Below are positions 48,130-53,415 of a DNA stretch of 53,415 nt, piece after piece. Location: positions 1 to 53,415 of the forward strand of contig NW_021833816.1 of assembly GCF_006345805.1 (NCBI RefSeq), written 5' to 3'. A model generated the notes under the pieces. It did not search any database. It was not told the DNA's origin and saw only the letters and a list, made by a program, of their open reading frames with translations. Source of the DNA: Octopus sinensis. Taxonomy: Eukaryota. Position 1 is the first letter of the stretch, and every line of letters begins with the position of its first letter. The translations under genes and the position numbers were made by a program.

Positions 48130-49558
48130 TTTCTCAATTCAGCTCATGCCCGATGCTGCTCCCTAGTCCCGACACAATTTCTATGAGGGCGCAGTGGTGG
48201 AGTTTTAGGGCCTGTAGGCCCATGGTTCCTTCCCAATATTTTATTGAATGAGGCGATGGATAGATGTTCATTCGGTCCTTGAAGTGCTTTCCGAAATCTT
48301 TCTTGAGTTTTTTTCGATTTTTCACGGTTTGTTTTACTGACAAACCCTCCCCGCCCCACAAGCTAAACTAATGGAGGGTTTTTGAGTATTGCCGGTAGTT
48401 AATTCGCGTTCGTCGCGTCTGGGGAAGCTGATCCATTGTTGCATTTCGGAGGAACACTTTTAAATGTTCAATTTCTTCATGCAGCAAGTAGATATTTCAA
48501 CTTGTTGGGAGAAAGACTATCGTAAGTCACGCCGAGGATTTTCTGGGATTTTTTAAAAGGATTTCCATGTTGTTTAAGTATAAGTTAACCCACCATTTTC
48601 CCAAGCTCCTTGCTGAAGTCATAAGCGTAGTGACCGATTTTTCAGGACTCGTTGATAGTCGATTTAACGAGAGCCAACTTTCGAGATGTGTGGAGGTAGT
48701 TCTGCAGTTTGTACTTGCCGTGTTCACCTCACGGCTCCGGGTAGCAATTACAATGTCGTCAGCGTATGATAATACGATTGAATCTTTGTCGTTGGTAGCG
48801 GGAGATCCGATAAGAATAAGTTAAAAGAGCTGTGAAAGGGGTGAGCCTTGAGGGACTCCGTTGGAAAATATCGTGACAGCGATCTTGTATTGTTTGTTGG
48901 ATCCTGCCTCTTCGGCCGTAAGGAAGTTAGCTAGCCACTTTTTCAGTTTGGGTGAATTTCACTAAGTATATTTCCCTGGTCAAAATTTTCCTGGGAATGG
49001 AGTTCAAAACTTATGGATATCCACTGAGCATATAACCGTTTTTGGTTATACGGTTTTGAGCAGATAGGCCACCTGAGGTGAAGTTCGTCAAAGTGACAAG
49101 GTGCGAAGTGGTTGATTTACCACATTTAATCTATGTTGAAATCCAAATCCGCGAGATATTGTTTGATGTGGGTGAGGATAAGTTTTTCCAGAACACATTG
49201 GATAGGACACAGAGGAGAGATATTGGCCTGTAGGACGCCGGGTTGTGGTTTTTCACCTGAATCGGGGAATCCATCAGGTCCACAGAGCCAGGCTTCTTAA
49301 ATTTTCTGAAGTGAGACTTAACCTATTTGAGGATGAATAATGACACCTCTCTTGGGTGAGGATATCATGTCCGACATCTTCGAGGTTTCAACGACTTAAG
49401 CATGGTCCTCATATTTCCTGTGGAGGATGTTGTGATCCCAGCGTAGAACTTTATCCAATTTGTGGTGAAGGGAGCCGCATTATCCTCGCCCGATTTAATC
49501 TCTCCGGGTTGTGAATCTTCTTAGGGATGCCCATACTTTTGTTAGAGGGATGTCCAAT
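48130..49558 (-). mobile_element. LINE family B (Jockey-like RT), heavily frameshifted
   Basis: PASYRPISLL, GVPQGSPLS, LSYADD, ILGVTYD. Confidence 0.85.
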
Positions 49559-49688
49559 ACCTCCACAATCTCGAAAGTTGGCTTCGATAAATCGACTATC
49601 AACGAGTCCTAAACAATCAGTCACTACGCTTCTCACTTCAGCAAGGAAGCTTGGGAAACGGTGGTGAACTTATATTTAAACACCATGG
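49559..49688 (+). repeat. Inverted, diverged copy of 48565-48697
   Basis: ACCTCCACA..ATCTCGAAAGTTGGCT..AAATCGACTATCAACGAGTCCT..CATGG is present on opposite strands. Confidence 0.85.
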
Positions 49689-49699
49689 GACTGGATGCT

Positions 49700-50330
49700 T
49701 GTCCTAGTCCTTCTTTAATGGATAACTTATCCATATGACTTTTAAAGAACTTTGAAAACAACTCCATCCCATGTTTAATTAAAAATATCTTTAATTTTGC
49801 TTCATAGAGAATCAACAGTTCATTTGCAAAGCAGGTCGTGAAATTTCTCTATTTCAGCTCGCTTTAAACGATCTTGTGAGGTAATGCCTACTTTGATTTC
49901 GACATTTTGTGTCGACAATATGGACACAACCGAATGTCCTAACAATTTCTGCTTCGTCTAATTCCATTCATTCGCCATAAGTGAAAATAGATAAACTAAA
50001 TCACTTTATTATGTCTTTGGAGAATCACTGTTTAGCATCCTACCACACCGCGTGGATAGATTTTCCACAGGCTGCTTGCTTTTTGCAATGTTACGCATAA
50101 TGATCGGGTCAATACAAAAAACAAATTCCTATTCGAAAAAGACAGTAGTAAAATGCCTTGTTTTGTGGACCATTGTTCCCCTTCAATAGCTATAGCGAAG
50201 AATTAGATATGTCGAATTAGATTTCTCCAATAAATTATACATAACCGCGTTTAGTGAATTGATTTTATGATTTAATAAAAATGATAATCCAAGAGCGAGT
50301 TATTGAATCAATCTTTTCATTGAGGACGTT
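49700..50330 (-). mobile_element. R4/Dong-like RLE element fragment (same family as 7340-8824)
   Basis: Collinear with 7380-7755 and 8516-8700. NVEI joins directly to VGITSQDR. Confidence 0.8.
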
Positions 50331-50455
50331 TATAGACTCTGTTCTTTCTTATTCTAATCAACAGAGAAGCTTTTAGTCTCGATTATGGCGTTGCTGAACT
50401 AGAATTTGTGAATTGTCCATTTCTAGTGACACAACACACTATGAAATTATTGCAA

Positions 50456-51739
50456 TTTTTTTTGGGTTGTGGGATAATAAAACAAGAAGTTAACTAGTAA
50501 AAGCTTCACGACACCCTGGACCAGCCTCGCGAATAGCAAAACCATTTTTTCGGATCATAGCGATCGTTCCCAAAGCTAGGACTCTCTCGAGTCGCGTCTC
50601 ATCCATCATATCCGTCGACCGAGCAAGCGAAAAGAAGCGAACCGTCTTGGGGCCGAAAATGCCAAAAGAATCCAAAACGGCGTGGAGTAAAAAACAAGTT
50701 TGGAAGATGACAGTACTTGAGAAACTTGTGATTTTAGCCTGCCTTGATACGTGCCCGGATCCTTTTTCCTAAGGGCCGTAAATTGGCAGAAAAAAAATTT
50801 CCCGTGCAAAATTAGGTAAAGAACGGAGATTAAAATGGTTTCACAGGTTGGTATTTGACCGTAATATCTCCGTCCAGCTTCAGCGGTGACACGACGAAAG
50901 CTTTCGAGATCACTCAGGGATTGACAGTGAGATAAGAGAACACGGCTGAGCTGTGAAGTCATGGGCTGATAAGAATGTTTTTCTCTAAGCGAATTCCAAA
51001 ACGGTTGATGTCGACGATAAAAGAAACCTTGTCAAAACGACAAGCCGACACCACGAACATCGCCATCCATGACTTTTGCTATTTACTTTTCTGTAAAGAT
51101 AGTCGTCCATCATTCGCGGGCAGGTGCATTATTGAGGTTATGCCGGAGAAAGGCTTTTTAGCAAGATAGGCCTCCAGTAAGAAGTAAACTTGAACCAACT
51201 TAAGCCAATCAGATTGTCCATCTAACGCCAGGAGCATCATTAATCCAGTGGACCAAAAAAGAAACCTGCTAAGATTATAAGCAGCTTTAGGGATTCTAGG
51301 CGGGATTTGCCTGAGACGGCGGAGAAGTGTGATTGATTAGCGAACGAAGGAGATATAGTGCGTCCCAGAGATAGAATCAGAAAAAGGGAAGGAATCTGGA
51401 GAGTGGGAGACACCAGGAATTGAGGATGAAAATAAGGACCAGAAAGACAGGTGTGGCAGACCTATAATGCAATACTTTCGGAATGCGGGAAACACAGGAA
51501 AAATAAAAAAAAACAGGATGAGCAAGATCGGCCACTCTTTCTTTTGGTAACTACGTTGAAATTATGCAGAGGCAAACGGGATTGAAAGGAGGATGAGTGA
51601 CAGCCAGCAACAGAATAAGATCGGGACGAATAATGGATAGAAAAGATAGTTGAAAGAGAAAGAAAACGATTTTTTGGACAGAATAAAATGACAGCACAAC
51701 AATGCGATAACACATACTCTAAACTACACAAGAATTATG
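50456..51739 (-). mobile_element. CRE-like element with both ends, PHD remnant, RT and most of RLE deleted
   Basis: 5' CATAATTCTTGTG, then RSCSSC..VCHTC, LRRLRQIPPRIPKAA, DGDVRG, joined to FGIFGPKT..NGFAIREAG..REAF, then an A8 tail. Confidence 0.75.
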
Positions 51740-52004
51740 AACTACTAAACGGATAAATGCTGACCTGGGTGTTTTAAGATGAGTGCAGATTTATAGTTGC
51801 GGATTCTTGTTTTTTTGAAATGGCATTTTGAACAAATCATTTGCCGTTGCATTAAAACAGCTGGGGTTACAGCAACTTGATACTTTCTTGAATTTATTAT
51901 AAAGATGGCTTCTGCAATGTGATTAGATTCTTAATGTTTTCGATTTTTTGTCACCGCTCTATTTTCAGCGTTTGGACTTAATGTCTAGAGACTGTGGTGC
52001 AAGT

Positions 52005-52190
52005 GGAAGAAAATATCAGGGACGCCCGCGTATTGCAGAACTGGAGGTGCGGGATTCGGATCTTAAATCAATCAACCGGACGCCTAAAGTGGGAATGATC
52101 TGGATGCAATGAGTTTGGCATTCAATAAAGGAAAATGGAAAAGGATTGTCGAGAGAAAATCGTTTCAAGTGGCGGACGTGTGGAAACGTA
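52005..52190 (+). mobile_element. RTE-like LINE C-terminal fragment
   Basis: GRKYQGRPR..DLKSI..NKGKWKRIV. Confidence 0.5.
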
Positions 52191-52859
52191 AAACTAATGT
52201 TTCTACGGCAGTTGCCAATAATAATATTAAAAACAAAGAAAAATTGCTAAATACGCAAATCTTGGACAAACGGCATCGTTCATTACAATAACTGTCGTGT
52301 CTTATATCGTCCGGGCAGTTTATATCGTCCGGGGTGATGATCTACATTAATCATCTTTAATCATTTGTTAAACTTATGATTTTTTGATTTAACCGAAAAT
52401 CTTACGGAATTAATTAAAAACATATTTATTTATTTTAATTATTATTATTGTCTTATCATTAAACGTTCCGTTTCTTGTCTGATGGTTAGGATACTAAAAA
52501 TTGAGTCGGAAAATCTAGGGTTAGGTTTATGCGCTAAAATTAAAGATTTAGAAGAACGGGGAAGAAATTAAAATTAGCAAATCAAGAATAAAAAAATTGT
52601 AAAAATAACTTAATTTTGAATAATCTGTTTTTTAATTCTCTTCTCCATATTTCTTCAAGTAATTTAAACGGCAGTATGTTGTCCCCCTCCTCTATTTGTT
52701 TCTTCATAATAAAATAATTCATAGGTTTATATTTAAATCAGAACTGAATGATCGAAGTTTATTCATAGAACCGTCTTTAAATAATATATATAAAGACTAA
52801 AAAATTTATTAAATTATCTAATAATGATATTGTACAAAGACACCCGAAAATAATTATAC

Positions 52860-53247
52860 AATCTCAAAGCTACAATGATCGAGAGAAGACGTTGCCCCTC
52901 AGGATCGCAAGATATTCTTGGAACAACCATTGCTTCTCCGAGGCTCTCCGTCTTCTCGAGATCAGATCCCCGATTTTCCCGACGAGTTCGAACGATTTTG
53001 GCTCATGACCCCGGAGGTTTTTCTACGGATATTGGGGAGAAGATGAAGTTGTCCAACAGGTGGAATATTTCTGAACTTTATGTGCCTCAGCCTTCTCAGC
53101 GGCTGAGCCTGGACTGATCGCGGAGTCAACTATATTGGTCTTTGAGAAGGTGTCTGTGCACGTGGAGTCCCACGCGAGGCATTTCCCATTACTCCACGGG
53201 GAAAATGGTGACTCCATCTGGGCGTTTACCGTCTCCACGGTCAAGCC
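52860..53247 (-). mobile_element. CRE-like RLE fragment
   Basis: WSNGKCLAWDSTCTDTF..PGSAAEKAEAHKVQKY. Confidence 0.8.
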
Positions 53248-53415
53248 CAGTGATTCTCAAGTGCGGCCCCTGGGGCCGCATGCGGCCCCTAGGATTTAAT
53301 TTGCGGCCCCTAGGTTTATAAATGTTTATTTTTTAATTAATATTTTTAAATTTATGAATAAAAAAAATGTCACGTTTTTTATTTGTTGTTGTGATGTCTG
53401 ATTCTAAACGATTGT
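53248..53415 (+). mobile_element. hAT Buster/Charlie-type left end, inserted in the CRE fragment
   Basis: CAGTGATTCTCAA followed by repeated GCGGCCCC subterminal motifs. Confidence 0.65.

Noticed and set aside
52284-52333. Possible pogo left end (TA|CAATAACTG with two TTATATCGTCCGGG repeats)
   Set aside because: No matching right end or transposase is visible, so it is too weak to call.

Overview
This is AT-rich eukaryotic nuclear DNA, densely packed with nested, mostly decayed transposons. Non-LTR retrotransposons include CRE-like RT+RLE elements (some with an N-terminal PHD finger), R4/Dong-like RLE elements, at least three APE/Jockey-like LINE families and RTE-like fragments. DNA elements include pogo/Tigger, hAT-Buster, mariner, Ginger/KRBA2-like integrase elements and a non-autonomous Helitron carrying a ~94-bp tandem array. 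Host genes lie between them, have tiny 23-29 nt GT-AG introns and are mostly disrupted: DNAL4, BBS9, an ABCF3 fragment, a divergent proteasome beta subunit, a cathepsin-L-like gene, LRR gene fragments and a small F-box-like family. One tRNA-His gene is intact. A ~5.6/3.7 kb tandem duplication has both breakpoints at pogo TIR+TA junctions. Tiny introns plus ciliary genes suggest a compact-intron ciliated parasite such as a dicyemid (inference only). Several frameshifts sit in homopolymers and may be assembly errors. I see no unambiguous new biological system. The best leads are the PHD-CRE family and its in-frame chimeric ORF, the transposon-bounded duplication, end-joining deletion scars, the shortened BBS9 and the divergent proteasome subunit. 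Protein family calls come from motif recognition by eye, not database searches.
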